A stretch of 64,000 nucleotides of DNA from an uncultured Planctomycetaceae bacterium. Lineage in GTDB: Bacteria > Planctomycetota > Planctomycetia > Planctomycetales > Planctomycetaceae. Shown here in pieces: positions 10,935 to 21,751 of the stretch. Below the pieces are notes generated by a model, which saw only the letters and a list, made by a program, of their open reading frames with translations, was not told where the DNA came from and did no database searches. Made by a program: the position numbers and the translations under genes. The stretch is taken from assembly GCA_963976765.1 (NCBI GenBank), contig CAXBME010000034.1:1-64000 (forward strand), in the 5' to 3' direction. Each line of letters starts with the position of its first letter. Position 1 is the first letter of the stretch.

Positions 10935-11129
10935 CGATTCGGCGACAAACGTGGATCGTGCAGATCTGATTGCCCGCGATCAGTGGCCTGCCCGCAATCA
11001 TTTCAAACGTCACCAGAGTGATTTGCATCTCGCAGTTGGGGCATTTCGAGATGTCGGACTTCGACCGAAACGTGGGCAGAGCCGGTTTTCAAAGGAGGAA
11101 ACTCAAAGGTACTGGCCGGAGTCTTCCAT

Positions 11130-14100
11130 TCACGAACTGCGGAGCGAGAGCAGGTAGGTGACAAGCTGGCGGAACTGATCCTCGGTTAAGGAGTCGCCAA
11201 AGTTGGCCGGCATGGGGGAGAGATTTGACAGAACCTGTTGATCGATCGTGTCGGTGGCGACTGAGATCTCTTCACCCTTGCTGTCAACCAGAATGAGCCG
11301 TGCACCCTCCGTTTGTTTGACCAGGCCATTCAGCACCTTGCCCTGGTTGGTGACGATCGTCGACGACCGAAAGGCAACGTCAACGTTACGGTTGGGAGCG
11401 AGGATATCTTCGATCAGTCGATCCAGGCCTCGGGTGCCGATGCCATCGAGGTTCGGACCGACCTTTTTGCCTTTGCCACCGATCTGATGACAGGTTGCGC
11501 ACGTCTTCGTAAACAGCGCCGCACCCAGCGCAACATCACCAGCGACTGAGACGTGATTCTTTCGACGGTTCGAGATCAACTTGATGAGGTCTTCAGATTC
11601 GTCCGGCAAGCGACTCGTCAGGATGTCGATCCTTTTTTTCAGCTCCTCGTTTGCCGCAGCCCGAAGTTTCGGCTCAATTTGGGGGTGTTTCAGAAGCCAC
11701 GCGGAGGCTCGCCCTGCTTCGGCGAGTTCGACCAGCAAAGCTGCTCCCGACGAGTCAGACGCCAGGGTTTCGGCAACTCGACGCTGCTCGACGGAGCTGG
11801 CCGCGAGCATGGCCTTGCTGATCAATTGCGGAATGGCCTCAGCGTTGTTGGCGAGCAAATTCTGGATGACTTCGCGACGTTGCTCAGTCGTTTGTCCAAT
11901 GATCGATGTTGTCTCGGCGAGTGCGTGCAATTTCGAATCGGTCTGCGGATTCATTTTCGCGAGAGCGGTTGTCAAAGCGGTGACACTCGCGGCGTCTGCC
12001 AGAGTTCTGAGTGCCGCATCGCCGATAACGCCTCGAAACTGATTGAGCTGGAAAGTGGCGGCGAGTTCAGCACCGCGTTGGCGGTCTTCCATCCGCTGGC
12101 TGGGGTTGAGGGCGTCGACCGAGAATCGACCGACGGCCAGCCAAGCGTACGCACTGGTCGAGTCACCGTCGACGAGTTCAACGTAAACCTGCCGTCCTGC
12201 GAAATTGCCAGTTTCCCAGTGGATCGGTTGAGCGGTGTCGTTGCGGCGCGACGCCCAGCGTTGCAGGACCTCGCGAGTCTGCGCGTCTCGCACCTGGACG
12301 AAGTTTTTATTCTGAATCGGCCCGTCCGGTTTTCCGTCATGCCCGGCTAGAAAGAAATCGAACTCGTTCGGCAGAACAAACGGAGCAGACCGGTAGATTC
12401 CGGTACGTGTCTCGCCTCTCGGAAAACTGCTCCAAAGCGGCGTCTCTGTCATGCCGTCGGTCGATTTGCGAGTCCGCGAAATCGTCCAGGTGTCGACGTC
12501 CGTTGAGCCTTCTGGATGCGCGACACCGGTCCAGGTTAATGGCTCGTTGTCGTTGCTGCTCAGTTTTCCGGAGCCGTCTACGCCGAGAAGTTTTGCGGCA
12601 ACAGTGGCGGCCCAGTTTCGCACAGAGTCTGGCGTGTCGACTCCTCGTTGAAGCAATCCGTCGCGCGCCGCGTTCAGTAGTATGATCTGAAAATTCTGGT
12701 CGCCTCCAAACTGGTTCAACGCTGTGTTCGCGAGAGTCGATACGGTGTCCGGCGACACAAACCGAACGGCAAATTTCATGTAGTCAGCCAGTTGTTCACG
12801 TCCAGTTCCGGCCAGCTCTTCGATGTGAGCCGCGACAAACTCGCCAGCTGCTGGCGTCTTCAGCGACGGGCACAACGAGCTGATTAGACGGATGTCTGAT
12901 TGGCCAAGTTGCTGGTTGGCGAGTTGTCCGAAACGACGTTCGTTTCGCAACTGATCACGGAGAGCCATCTTAACGGCGTGTCGCAGATGAACGTCGTTTT
13001 CGGGAGTTTCCCGAAAGCATTCGAGCAGGGCACCGACCAGCTTGTCTGATGGATGAGTGGTGGCCGCCATCGCCGCTGCGCGTCTTGTCAGCGCGTCAGA
13101 GTCCTTGAGGCCGGCGGCCAGCCATTCGTCGGCTTCTTGCGACGGTGCGGACGTTTCGGCGAGGACTCGGAATGCGTGGTTGCGCACCAGCGGAGATTCG
13201 TCGCTGACCGCTCGTGAGAGGTCTTCCGAGGTCGCTGCGTGAAGTCGGTGTAGCAGCCACAGGATAGCCGACCGGATTCGCGGCGATTGATGGCGTGCGT
13301 TCTGACGGGCGGCTGTTTCGGCTGTCGCTCCAAAACGTTGGATAATTTCTTCGAAGGCGAGATCCGTTTGTGCCTTCAGCGATGAATCAAGTTGAGCGAT
13401 GAGCTGATCGAGCGACGCCTCGGTGACGCTGGTTGAAGAGAAAGAGTCGGCGGCTGGTGATGAGCTTTGCGATGGATCGTCGTGTCCAGTATCGGAGCCT
13501 TTGTAGACAATTCGCCAGATGCGGCCTCGGTGTCGGTCGCGGCGAGGATCGTCGAGCTTAACTTCGTAGTGACCGATGATGCGGTTGTAAAAGTCGGTGA
13601 CGTAAAGCGAGCCGTCGGGAGCAACCTGAAGATCAGCGGGGCGGAACCAGGGGTCTCCACAAATCAGAAAGTCAGGCTCTTCCTGAGCCTTGATGGTCGC
13701 TCCGGTTTGAACGAGCGAATTGCGGTTGATGCGGCAGGTAACCACGTTGCCGCCGAACGAGCTGTTTCGATAACTCTCGGGAAAGCTGGTGGCTGCTCCC
13801 AGTGCGATGCCGCCAATGGCTGTTGAGCCGTGCAGGTGCTCCATCACGTTCGGGATGTATCCCAGGCCGTCGTGAGGTTTGCCAAAGCTGTCGTGATAAC
13901 CGCCTCGCAGGAGTAACGAGATTGGTTTGGTGTGGCAGTCGGCGCTGAATATGTCGCCGTTCTGGTCAATGGCCATGCCGAATGGATTGACCTGTCCGTG
14001 TGTGAAATGCTCGATGCGCGAACCGTCCAGCTTTATGCGGAAGGTGTTACCAGAGTGCATCGTGACTTCGTGGCCGTCGGCTCCAGCGACCTGGGACTGA

Positions 14101-14747
14101 TTGTTGAATCCGTGGCACGCGTAGAGCCAGCCATCGAGTCCTCGGGTAAAAGCATTGCACATGCCGTGCGTGTCGCGAGAGGTGTCGAACGGCCCGTAGA
14201 GTTTTTCGCGTTGGTCGGCTTTGTCGTCGCCATCGGTGTCTCGCAGAAACCAGATGTTGGGAATGCTGAAACAGACGACACCATCTTTGTAAGGATACAG
14301 GCCCATTGGAATGTTGAGGTTGTCGGCGAACGTTTTAATCACGTCGGCTCGTCCGTCGCCGTTGGTGTCTTCCAGAATTTTGATGGTGTCGTTGGCTTGT
14401 CGGTTGGACGGTGCCGCCATGGGATACTCACTTGAGCTCGAAACCCAAAGCCGACCGCGCCGATCGAAGGCCATGTTCATCGGCTTGGCAATGTCTGGCT
14501 CGCTGACGACTAACTGAATCTCGAAGCCTGCGGGCAGCACGAAGGTTTTATGTTCTTCGTCTGGTGTCAGCGGGTCGGTCTCACGGATGTTTGACGCAAA
14601 AAGATTTGCTGGCGAATTGTGAGCGGGTTGCGGCTGAGCCAGCGCTTCCGAGCGACAGACAGCCAGTGAGGCATGGGCAAGCAGTACTGCCAAAGTAAGA
14701 TTTCGCATCTGAAAAGACCCGATGTGAGAATTGAAAAAAGAGTTCAT
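11130..14747 (-). CDS. PVC-type membrane-bound dehydrogenase-like propeller + HEAT repeats + heme-binding CxxCH protein
   Basis: LEDTNGDGRAD, GQVNPFG, DPWFRPADL..PDGSLYVTDFY; HEAT-like helices; CATCH, GPNLDG, SPMP. Confidence 0.9.
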   Translation of the reverse strand: MNSFFNSHIGSFQMRNLTLAVLLAHASLAVCRSEALAQPQPAHNSPANLFASNIRETDPLTPDEEHKTFVLPAGFEIQLVVSEPDIAKPMNMAFDRRGRLWVSSSSEYPMAAPSNRQANDTIKILEDTNGDGRADVIKTFADNLNIPMGLYPYKDGVVCFSIPNIWFLRDTDGDDKADQREKLYGPFDTSRDTHGMCNAFTRGLDGWLYACHGFNNQSQVAGADGHEVTMHSGNTFRIKLDGSRIEHFTHGQVNPFGMAIDQNGDIFSADCHTKPISLLLRGGYHDSFGKPHDGLGYIPNVMEHLHGSTAIGGIALGAATSFPESYRNSSFGGNVVTCRINRNSLVQTGATIKAQEEPDFLICGDPWFRPADLQVAPDGSLYVTDFYNRIIGHYEVKLDDPRRDRHRGRIWRIVYKGSDTGHDDPSQSSSPAADSFSSTSVTEASLDQLIAQLDSSLKAQTDLAFEEIIQRFGATAETAARQNARHQSPRIRSAILWLLHRLHAATSEDLSRAVSDESPLVRNHAFRVLAETSAPSQEADEWLAAGLKDSDALTRRAAAMAATTHPSDKLVGALLECFRETPENDVHLRHAVKMALRDQLRNERRFGQLANQQLGQSDIRLISSLCPSLKTPAAGEFVAAHIEELAGTGREQLADYMKFAVRFVSPDTVSTLANTALNQFGGDQNFQIILLNAARDGLLQRGVDTPDSVRNWAATVAAKLLGVDGSGKLSSNDNEPLTWTGVAHPEGSTDVDTWTISRTRKSTDGMTETPLWSSFPRGETRTGIYRSAPFVLPNEFDFFLAGHDGKPDGPIQNKNFVQVRDAQTREVLQRWASRRNDTAQPIHWETGNFAGRQVYVELVDGDSTSAYAWLAVGRFSVDALNPSQRMEDRQRGAELAATFQLNQFRGVIGDAALRTLADAASVTALTTALAKMNPQTDSKLHALAETTSIIGQTTEQRREVIQNLLANNAEAIPQLISKAMLAASSVEQRRVAETLASDSSGAALLVELAEAGRASAWLLKHPQIEPKLRAAANEELKKRIDILTSRLPDESEDLIKLISNRRKNHVSVAGDVALGAALFTKTCATCHQIGGKGKKVGPNLDGIGTRGLDRLIEDILAPNRNVDVAFRSSTIVTNQGKVLNGLVKQTEGARLILVDSKGEEISVATDTIDQQVLSNLSPMPANFGDSLTEDQFRQLVTYLLSLRSS

Positions 14748-15026
14748 ATTCAGGGGGGAGCGATCGGTCGCGGGATCGTATCAGGGGGGCCGGGCGTAAT
14801 CGAATGTGGTGTGAAGGAGCGTTTGCCGTAACGAACGTGCTTCTGCATCGCGTGTTCTCGAACTTCGTCAGGCAGAGTGTGACCTGTTCAGGATTGCCGG
14901 GTGGGCCGGTCGTGATGTGAACAGACGCGCGAGTAGTTGAACGATGCGTTTTGTGAGTAGACTGTGTTTGGCAATGGGCAGTTGTCGGCGTGAATAGGGT
15001 GCAGAAGTTGACGGGCAGGAATCTAG

Positions 15027-18000
15027 ATGACAGACGACTTCGGGCGGTTGTTTGGAGCGCTCGCGATTAAACGCGGGCTGGTTTCGCCGCAGCAGGTGGC
15101 GAGCTTGCTGAATCGAGTCGATGAATCACTGACGCTGGACGCTCATATGGTCCGAGCGGGCTGGGTTACGGCGAGTGTTCGACTGGAGATTCTGTCCGAA
15201 ATGGATTCGCAGGTGCTGGCTGCCAGCGGCAATGTGGAGTCGGCGATTCTGTCCGTGCGCAGTCAGTCGGCGGAAGTGGACGAGTTCATTTCGCTTTACG
15301 AAAGCAGCGTGAAGCCGGGAAAGGGTGACTCGTCGGATACGAGTTGTGAAGACGCCAGTTTCGAAGAGACATTCGTCAGGCGGAGGGCGCAGACTTCGGC
15401 CGGCTCAGAAGAATCGGCTGAACACACTGACGGCGATGAGTCCAGGCCGTTCGACGGAACTTTGCTTTATCAGGCGGCGAGTAGACCTGAGAAGGGAAGT
15501 ACGCCGGGGTCGTCAGGCGACAGCCGCGACGCTGATTTCGGTGAGACCGTCGATTACAAGCCGGAGTTTTATTCACGATACACGTTGACTCAGGTCTACG
15601 GCGAAGGCGGGCTTGGTCAAGTCTGGTTGGCAACGGACCCGGCGCTGAAACGTGAAATCGCTTTGAAGCGGATTCGGCCAGGCAAGGATGGCAGTCGCGA
15701 CGCTCAACTGAGGCTGATCAAGGAAGCTCAGATTACCGGTCAGCTTGAGCATCCCAACATCATTCCGGTTTATGAGCTGGAGCATGCCGACAGCAAAGGC
15801 CGCCCGTTTTATACGATGAAGTTTCTGCGCGGTCAGACGCTGCAGGAAAAGATTCAGGCTTATCATGCGAAGCGGAAGGCAGGAACAGATAAACCTCTGG
15901 ACCTGATCAATCTGCTCAATGCGTTTTGCGATACGTGTAACGCTGTTGCCTATGCGGGGGCTCGGGGAATTGTTCATCGGGATCTCAAACCGCAGAACAT
16001 CATGGTGGGAGATTTTGGTGAGGTGCTGGTTCTCGACTGGGGACTCGCTAAGAAAATCGGACAGCCCGAAGACGTCTACCGGGACGATCAGATCGAACTG
16101 GCTTCCGTGCTGGACGAAACGGAAACCCACGTCGGAGGCGTGATCGGCACGCCGGCTTATATGGCTCCGGAGCAGGCTGCCGGTCGCAATGATCACATTG
16201 ATGCCCGAACTGACGTCTATGGTCTGGGAGCTGTTCTGTTCTGCATTCTCACAGGGGTTTCTCCACATCGAGGCACCAGGACTAAAAACCGTGTCAAAGA
16301 TACTCAGGACTTGTTGACTCGAATTTCGGTTGGCGCGACGCCCAGCGTTCGTGATGTCGACCCGCGCGTTCCTCGGTCGCTCGATGCGATCTGTTCGAAG
16401 GCGATGAGTCATTCGCACCTGGATCGCTATCAGGATGCGCGAAAGCTTGCAGAAGAGGTGCAGCGATTCATCTCGGACGAGCCGGTTTCGGTGATCACTG
16501 AATCGTGGCAGGAGAGGGCAGGGCGGTGGCTGCGTAAGAATCGAACGAAGGCTCAGTCGTTGGCGGCGTCAGCACTGGCGATCATGCTGGTGTCGATCGT
16601 GGCGGCGTTATTGATCAACAAAGCCTGGGATAGTGAAATCGCAGCTCACGGAGAAACTCAGGTCGCCCTCGAAGCTGAAGAGCGAGCCAAAACGGCGGCG
16701 GAGCAGGCGCAGCAGGAAGCAACTCAGTTTTTTCTGTCGTCTCGCCGAACTGTCGACACGCTGTTTCGAGAATTGAGCGATTCGCTCAGTGAATACCCGG
16801 CCGTTCAGAATCTTCGAGTAAAACTGCTTGAAGAAGCGGCGACCGAATACGAGCGGCTGGCGGAGTCTCGCAGCGATGTGCCGGAATTGAAACTCGAAGC
16901 CGCGCGGTCGCTGGTCAGGCTCGGCGAAGTCTGGCGATTATTGAGAAACTTCGAACGAGCGACGACAGCATTCGAAATGGCGCAGACGAAACTGGAGGAG
17001 ATCGCCGATCAGAACCCTTCTGAACGGTCTGCGGCAACGGAACTGGTGACATGCCTGAACGGGCAGGGGCTGACGTGGGCAACAACAGCGCCGCTGGAAC
17101 AGGGCGACGGAGCGGTTGATCCAGTGGCTCAGGCCGACAGATATTACCTGGATGCTTTGGAAAGGCTGGCTCTGCTTGTCGGAAAGTCGAACGAAAGTGA
17201 GTCGACTGAGAATCTGGAACTCAAGCGATTGGAAGCTCGAATTCTTGCCAACCGAGGCAGCCTGCTCAGCGGTACCGATCGACTGGAGGACGCTCAAACC
17301 TGCCTGGCCGATGCGGAAGTCGCCTTTCGCAGAATCGCCGAAGCGGACGATTCAGAACTCAGTCTGCACGAGCATTCAAAATCACTCGTTGAGCTGTCGC
17401 AGATTCTTGTGCTGAGGGGGCAGGCTGACGAGGGACGGTCGAAGCTCGAAGAGTCAATTCAGATTTATTCGCGACTGGTCGATGCCGATCCGGACAACAC
17501 TCGATTCCTCAGTGGTCGAGCAGACGCACGGTTGAGCCTCGCTAACGCACTTAGCGACGACGATGTACTAAGCGCGAGGCTGGGTGTCTATCAGGAATGT
17601 GTCGATGATTATCTGCTGCTGATTCAGTCGCGACCAGACGTTCCGCTCTACCGATCAAATCTTGTTTCCGCTGAAACGAACATTGCTCAGGTCTTGTACC
17701 AGCAGGGCGAGACAACGTCGGCAGGCGATTACGCACACGCGGCACTGGAGCAGGTGTTGGTGCTGGTCGATGCAGATTCAAGTTCGGCCCGCTCACATTT
17801 GCTCGAAGTTTACGTTCGAGTTACCTACGGGCAGATTCTGCGCGACTCCGGCGATTTCACAGACGCCGAGTCTGCGTTTACGTCTGCGCTGGATAAATGC
17901 CGACAGTTGATGCAGAACCTGCCCAACGATTTCGATCTGTGGCGTCTGCAATCGGAAACGAAGAACAATCTCGGCATCCTGTATCTCAGCACTGATCGAC

Positions 18001-18638
18001 CAGAACCGGCGCAACAGGCATTTGCCAGTGCTCGGGAAGATTTCGGGAAGGCTCTGGAAATTAATCCGGAATCAGTCGCCGTGGTAAATGGTCAGGCCTG
18101 GGCATCGTCGTATCTTGGAGATGTGTTGCGATTGCTTGATCGGGAAGCCGAAGCGGCCACGATGTACGACGAGGCTCTTTCGCTGCGAAAGCCTTTGACG
18201 AGTGGCGGTAGAGTTCCGTCATTCGATGTCGGACACGCTGCGGTCTGGTTGTTGACAAACTGTCCGGATATTTCGAAGCGGGATTATGTGGCTGCGATGA
18301 AACTGGCTGATGCTCTATCCACGAAGTATCCCAAAAGTGGTTGCGTTCATGTGTTGCTGGCGATGTGCCATTTCCGTCAGGAGAACTACTCGCTGGCTTT
18401 GTCGGCGCTGGACGAGGCAAAGCTGTTTAATCTGAGAAGTCGCACGCCGGCATTTTTTCTTCGAGCCATGACGCTGTGGAAACTCGATGAAAAAGTGAAG
18501 GCCGCCGCCGAGTGGAAACAGGCGGTCGGAATTATGGACAGCCACGCGCCGAAGAACCTGCAACTTCGCCGAATTCGCATCGAAGCCGAGGCTTTACTGG
18601 GCGAAGCGGCTGATCCGATGGCCTCAGAGACCGACTGA
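15027..18638 (+). CDS. Hanks-type Ser/Thr protein kinase with TM helix and TPR-like C-terminus
   Basis: GEGGLGQV, ALK, HRDLKPQN, DWG, GTPAYMAPE; hydrophobic segment, then helical repeats. Confidence 0.92.
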   Translation: MTDDFGRLFGALAIKRGLVSPQQVASLLNRVDESLTLDAHMVRAGWVTASVRLEILSEMDSQVLAASGNVESAILSVRSQSAEVDEFISLYESSVKPGKGDSSDTSCEDASFEETFVRRRAQTSAGSEESAEHTDGDESRPFDGTLLYQAASRPEKGSTPGSSGDSRDADFGETVDYKPEFYSRYTLTQVYGEGGLGQVWLATDPALKREIALKRIRPGKDGSRDAQLRLIKEAQITGQLEHPNIIPVYELEHADSKGRPFYTMKFLRGQTLQEKIQAYHAKRKAGTDKPLDLINLLNAFCDTCNAVAYAGARGIVHRDLKPQNIMVGDFGEVLVLDWGLAKKIGQPEDVYRDDQIELASVLDETETHVGGVIGTPAYMAPEQAAGRNDHIDARTDVYGLGAVLFCILTGVSPHRGTRTKNRVKDTQDLLTRISVGATPSVRDVDPRVPRSLDAICSKAMSHSHLDRYQDARKLAEEVQRFISDEPVSVITESWQERAGRWLRKNRTKAQSLAASALAIMLVSIVAALLINKAWDSEIAAHGETQVALEAEERAKTAAEQAQQEATQFFLSSRRTVDTLFRELSDSLSEYPAVQNLRVKLLEEAATEYERLAESRSDVPELKLEAARSLVRLGEVWRLLRNFERATTAFEMAQTKLEEIADQNPSERSAATELVTCLNGQGLTWATTAPLEQGDGAVDPVAQADRYYLDALERLALLVGKSNESESTENLELKRLEARILANRGSLLSGTDRLEDAQTCLADAEVAFRRIAEADDSELSLHEHSKSLVELSQILVLRGQADEGRSKLEESIQIYSRLVDADPDNTRFLSGRADARLSLANALSDDDVLSARLGVYQECVDDYLLLIQSRPDVPLYRSNLVSAETNIAQVLYQQGETTSAGDYAHAALEQVLVLVDADSSSARSHLLEVYVRVTYGQILRDSGDFTDAESAFTSALDKCRQLMQNLPNDFDLWRLQSETKNNLGILYLSTDRPEPAQQAFASAREDFGKALEINPESVAVVNGQAWASSYLGDVLRLLDREAEAATMYDEALSLRKPLTSGGRVPSFDVGHAAVWLLTNCPDISKRDYVAAMKLADALSTKYPKSGCVHVLLAMCHFRQENYSLALSALDEAKLFNLRSRTPAFFLRAMTLWKLDEKVKAAAEWKQAVGIMDSHAPKNLQLRRIRIEAEALLGEAADPMASETD

Positions 18639-18777
18639 GTTGCCAGTTCACTGTGTGCCTCTGGCTCTACCAGTGCGAAATTTTCTGCGAACGCCGATTG
18701 TAAAGGACGCTGGCAGAGCCGGTGGCGCACTTTTTCAACGGGGGGAGCTCGAAACTTACGATTGGGAATTAACGGCG

Positions 18778-19503
18778 ATGGTTCAGGCAGTAATCGCGTT
18801 GGGCGGGAATCTCGGTGATGTCGGACAGACGTTCGATCGGGCGACTGCGCTGGTTCTGAAGCATCCGGAAGTACAGAGCGTGCGGTCTGCTGATCAATAT
18901 CGATCTGTTGCCATGGGAGCTGAGGCTGGAGATTCGTTTGTGAATTCGGCGTGGGTGGTTGAGACGGCGCTTGAACCGCTTGCGTTGCTGGATTTGCTTC
19001 AGCAGATTGAGAACGAACTGGGACGCACGCGTGACGTCCGCTGGGGGCCGCGGACGCTCGATCTTGACGTTATTTTCTACGGCGATGACGTGATCAATCT
19101 GCCGCGTCTGGTCGTGCCGCATCCACACTGCTGGTATCGGCAGTTCGTTCTGGCTCCTGTCGCGAGTCTGTTGCCGGACTTCGCCCATCCGCTTATCGGG
19201 TTGACAATGCGGCAACTGAGTGAGCGGCTTGCCTCTCAACCATTTCGGCTGGGAATTGGTGGTCAACCAGCAGACGGTGCCACTCTGGCCACGATGGCCA
19301 CTGAGTTTCCGGGCGTCGAGGTGCAGCCTTTGGTTTTGCCTGACGATGACCTGACCAGGGTGTCGCTGGCTGTCTGGTTGGGAACTTATGAGCCGTCGCA
19401 TCGCCATCCGTTGTGGTTGCGGGTTCCTTCGGGAGACGAAGTGCAGTTTGTCCGCGACGCTTTGACGGCGGCCAGCATTCCTGTTGAAGCGTTCGGCGCA
19501 TAA
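18778..19503 (+). CDS. folK: 2-amino-4-hydroxy-6-hydroxymethyldihydropteridine diphosphokinase with C-terminal extension
   Basis: IALGGNLGD, FVNSA, IENELGR, RWGPRTLDLD, VPHP; start ATG 18778. Confidence 0.92.
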   Translation: MVQAVIALGGNLGDVGQTFDRATALVLKHPEVQSVRSADQYRSVAMGAEAGDSFVNSAWVVETALEPLALLDLLQQIENELGRTRDVRWGPRTLDLDVIFYGDDVINLPRLVVPHPHCWYRQFVLAPVASLLPDFAHPLIGLTMRQLSERLASQPFRLGIGGQPADGATLATMATEFPGVEVQPLVLPDDDLTRVSLAVWLGTYEPSHRHPLWLRVPSGDEVQFVRDALTAASIPVEAFGA

Positions 19504-19504
19504 A

Positions 19505-19537
19505 GAAAGGCGACCGGTCAATGGACGGTCGCCTTCC
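19505..19537. terminator. Probable terminator hairpin between convergent units
   Basis: aaggcgaccg...cggtcgcctt stem immediately after the folK stop. Confidence 0.55.
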
Positions 19538-19615
19538 TGGGGAGAAGCTCGCGAACGCGAGCAGCAGCTCTGGACGCTCGAACAATGTCGAGCCGTTGTC
19601 ATTTGACAGGACGAG

Positions 19616-20452
19616 TTATGAACTCACTCGTCGAATCGGTTCTGAGATTTCCGGAACGTTCAACGCTTCTGGTGCATTCCTGGGTTGCATTGGAATGGCC
19701 GGAACCGGTGCGTTTTCTTCAGGAGGTGCCGGAATCGCCTGCTGAGGTACGGCTGGCTCTGGTGTGACTGGAGTTGGAGTTCCCATCTGGGTGCCCGGAA
19801 TCTGGTCGAGCGGAACCCATGCATTCTGGAGTCGCATCCAGCGGACGTAACTCATGTTCTGATCCGGCTGGCACGGTCGAGTGTGCCAGTGGCGTGGATC
19901 CGGTGGTACGGGAAGAATGTTTTTCGGCTGCCAGGTGGGTACGTGCTGGTAGTAGTAACCAAGCTGAGTTGTGTCGGTCGGCGTGGCGATGATTGGCGCA
20001 CGCTTCGTTGACGCTCCGGAGTAGTCACCCCAGTTGTTCGGGCCGTAGTTTGTGTAGGTCACGTTTGAACGTCGGACGGGAACCTTCGCCGGAGGCGACC
20101 AGCCGTAATCTGGTGACACGGCGTAGTAATCCGGATCGAGTACCCAGCGGACGGCTGGGAATGTCCAGAAGCCCTTTCTGCCGGGGCAGTTGGCGTCGGC
20201 ACAGTAGTCACAGCAACCGTGAAACGGCAGCGGCATCCACGTCCAGTAAGTGGGATTTGGTTCCTGACGAGGCCGCTGTGCCCAGGCATTAGCCACGTAG
20301 TAAGGACCTGGCGGTGGCGTCTGGTACTGTGGGTGCGACATCGTGTGTGACACCCGGGCAACGCCGTCTGCGTCGGCTGCGTACACGGCTGAGCCGAGTA
20401 TGCCGAACCCCAGCACGGCGAGTACCGACGTGCGAAGAACTCTGATTGTCAT
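19616..20452 (-). CDS. Secreted Pro/Tyr/Trp-rich hypothetical protein
   Basis: AAGGA RBS, signal peptide (..AVYA|A), PDYGWSPP, YYYQHVPTWQP, Pro-rich tail. Confidence 0.75.
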   Translation of the reverse strand: MTIRVLRTSVLAVLGFGILGSAVYAADADGVARVSHTMSHPQYQTPPPGPYYVANAWAQRPRQEPNPTYWTWMPLPFHGCCDYCADANCPGRKGFWTFPAVRWVLDPDYYAVSPDYGWSPPAKVPVRRSNVTYTNYGPNNWGDYSGASTKRAPIIATPTDTTQLGYYYQHVPTWQPKNILPVPPDPRHWHTRPCQPDQNMSYVRWMRLQNAWVPLDQIPGTQMGTPTPVTPEPAVPQQAIPAPPEENAPVPAIPMQPRNAPEALNVPEISEPIRRVSS

Positions 20453-20650
20453 GTCTCCGTTCCTTGAGCCTCGGTCTGCATCCCGTCTGCCGCTGACTCA
20501 GCGACAGACGTCGTGCTGACAGGATTCGTTTTGACGTTTGCCTGGTCGAACGTGTTCGTTCAGGCGGGATCGATGGAGATGTTCTCCTGACGGCAGCCCC
20601 GAACGCTTCGAGACCACCGCTCAGGAGAGTTTCGCTTCAGCACTGCCGAA

Positions 20651-21667
20651 TCAGCGACGTGGCAGGATGATGTTGGAAACCGGGGTCAGCCGACTCGACG
20701 GCGATCCCCACGAATAGTTGTATTGATGACGCACGGTTGGCGGCAGCGGCACGGCGGTCGGGTATCCCGTCGTCGGAGACGCGTAGACCTGACTGTCGGC
20801 GGGGTGCGAGTAGTGAGGTTCGGTTGCGTAAACCCGCTTGTAGTGACCAAACAGGGGAGCACCTTCGCCGCAGGATCCACTTGGTGTGAAGTAGTTGAAC
20901 TTGTTGTGGAAGTGCGCGGCCAGAACGTGGTTCCGATAGGCGCGTCGGCAGTCCGACTTGTACTGCTGCTCGCACCACCAGTTATGAAGTGGCGAGCAAC
21001 TGTGGCCTCCGTTGAGTCCGAGGAACTCGTTGCTTCGACACTTTGCGCTGAATATCGACCGCTTCAGGTCACCAATTGTGTAAGGACGCCCCATCATGAC
21101 TTCCGGGCTCAGGCAGCTGTTTGCAGCACCCAGGCACGGCATGCCGTTCATACAGCCGCCATTTGCGTTGCAGCCACCAAATGCCGCACAGGCACCGCCA
21201 GCCATGCAGCCGGCTGCCGGTCCGCAATGTCCGTTGTTGCAGATATCACTCACGCGACATCGGCCTGTTGCGTCGCTGCCGCCGTTTGTTCCACGAGGCG
21301 TGCAGACAATCGTGTCGGCATTGCAGCCAGCCGACTGTGGAGCACAGCCTGTTCCGCGAGGTCCACACGCACCACCGTCAGAGTTACAACCGGTTCGGTT
21401 CGGGCCGCAGCCACCGATCAAGCCTGGTGCTGCCGACGTGGCAGGTGGAGCAGCTACTGTCTCCGGAGCTGCATCGACGGTGTTGGGATCCGGCGGTGGA
21501 GGAGCAATCGTTCCATCCATTGGCCGCATGGGGATTTCCTGAACGGCAGGTGCAGGAGCTGGCTCCTGACCAAAGGCCGCCAGGCCGTATGACAATGCCG
21601 TCGGGATAATGATCCCGGCGACCACCCGCTTCCAAAGGCGTTTGCGGATTTTTTTGCTGACCAGCAT
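20651..21667 (-). CDS. Secreted Cys/Gly-rich hypothetical protein with periodic cysteines
   Basis: AAGGAAG RBS before ATG 21667; signal peptide; 20 Cys; C-terminal ..AVPLPPTVRHQYNYSWGSPSSRLTP. Confidence 0.75.
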   Translation of the reverse strand: MLVSKKIRKRLWKRVVAGIIIPTALSYGLAAFGQEPAPAPAVQEIPMRPMDGTIAPPPPDPNTVDAAPETVAAPPATSAAPGLIGGCGPNRTGCNSDGGACGPRGTGCAPQSAGCNADTIVCTPRGTNGGSDATGRCRVSDICNNGHCGPAAGCMAGGACAAFGGCNANGGCMNGMPCLGAANSCLSPEVMMGRPYTIGDLKRSIFSAKCRSNEFLGLNGGHSCSPLHNWWCEQQYKSDCRRAYRNHVLAAHFHNKFNYFTPSGSCGEGAPLFGHYKRVYATEPHYSHPADSQVYASPTTGYPTAVPLPPTVRHQYNYSWGSPSSRLTPVSNIILPRR

Positions 21668-21751
21668 TTCTGTCTTCCTTGATCTGGGCTGATGCGGTTG
21701 GTCGAGTTTCAAACGAAGTATTGTGGGGCAGCTCTCTCGCGACGTTTTCGA

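Noticed and set aside
20651..21667. Cys-rich ORF as a RiPP precursor
   Set aside because: Too long, has a Sec signal peptide, and no modifying enzyme or transporter is nearby
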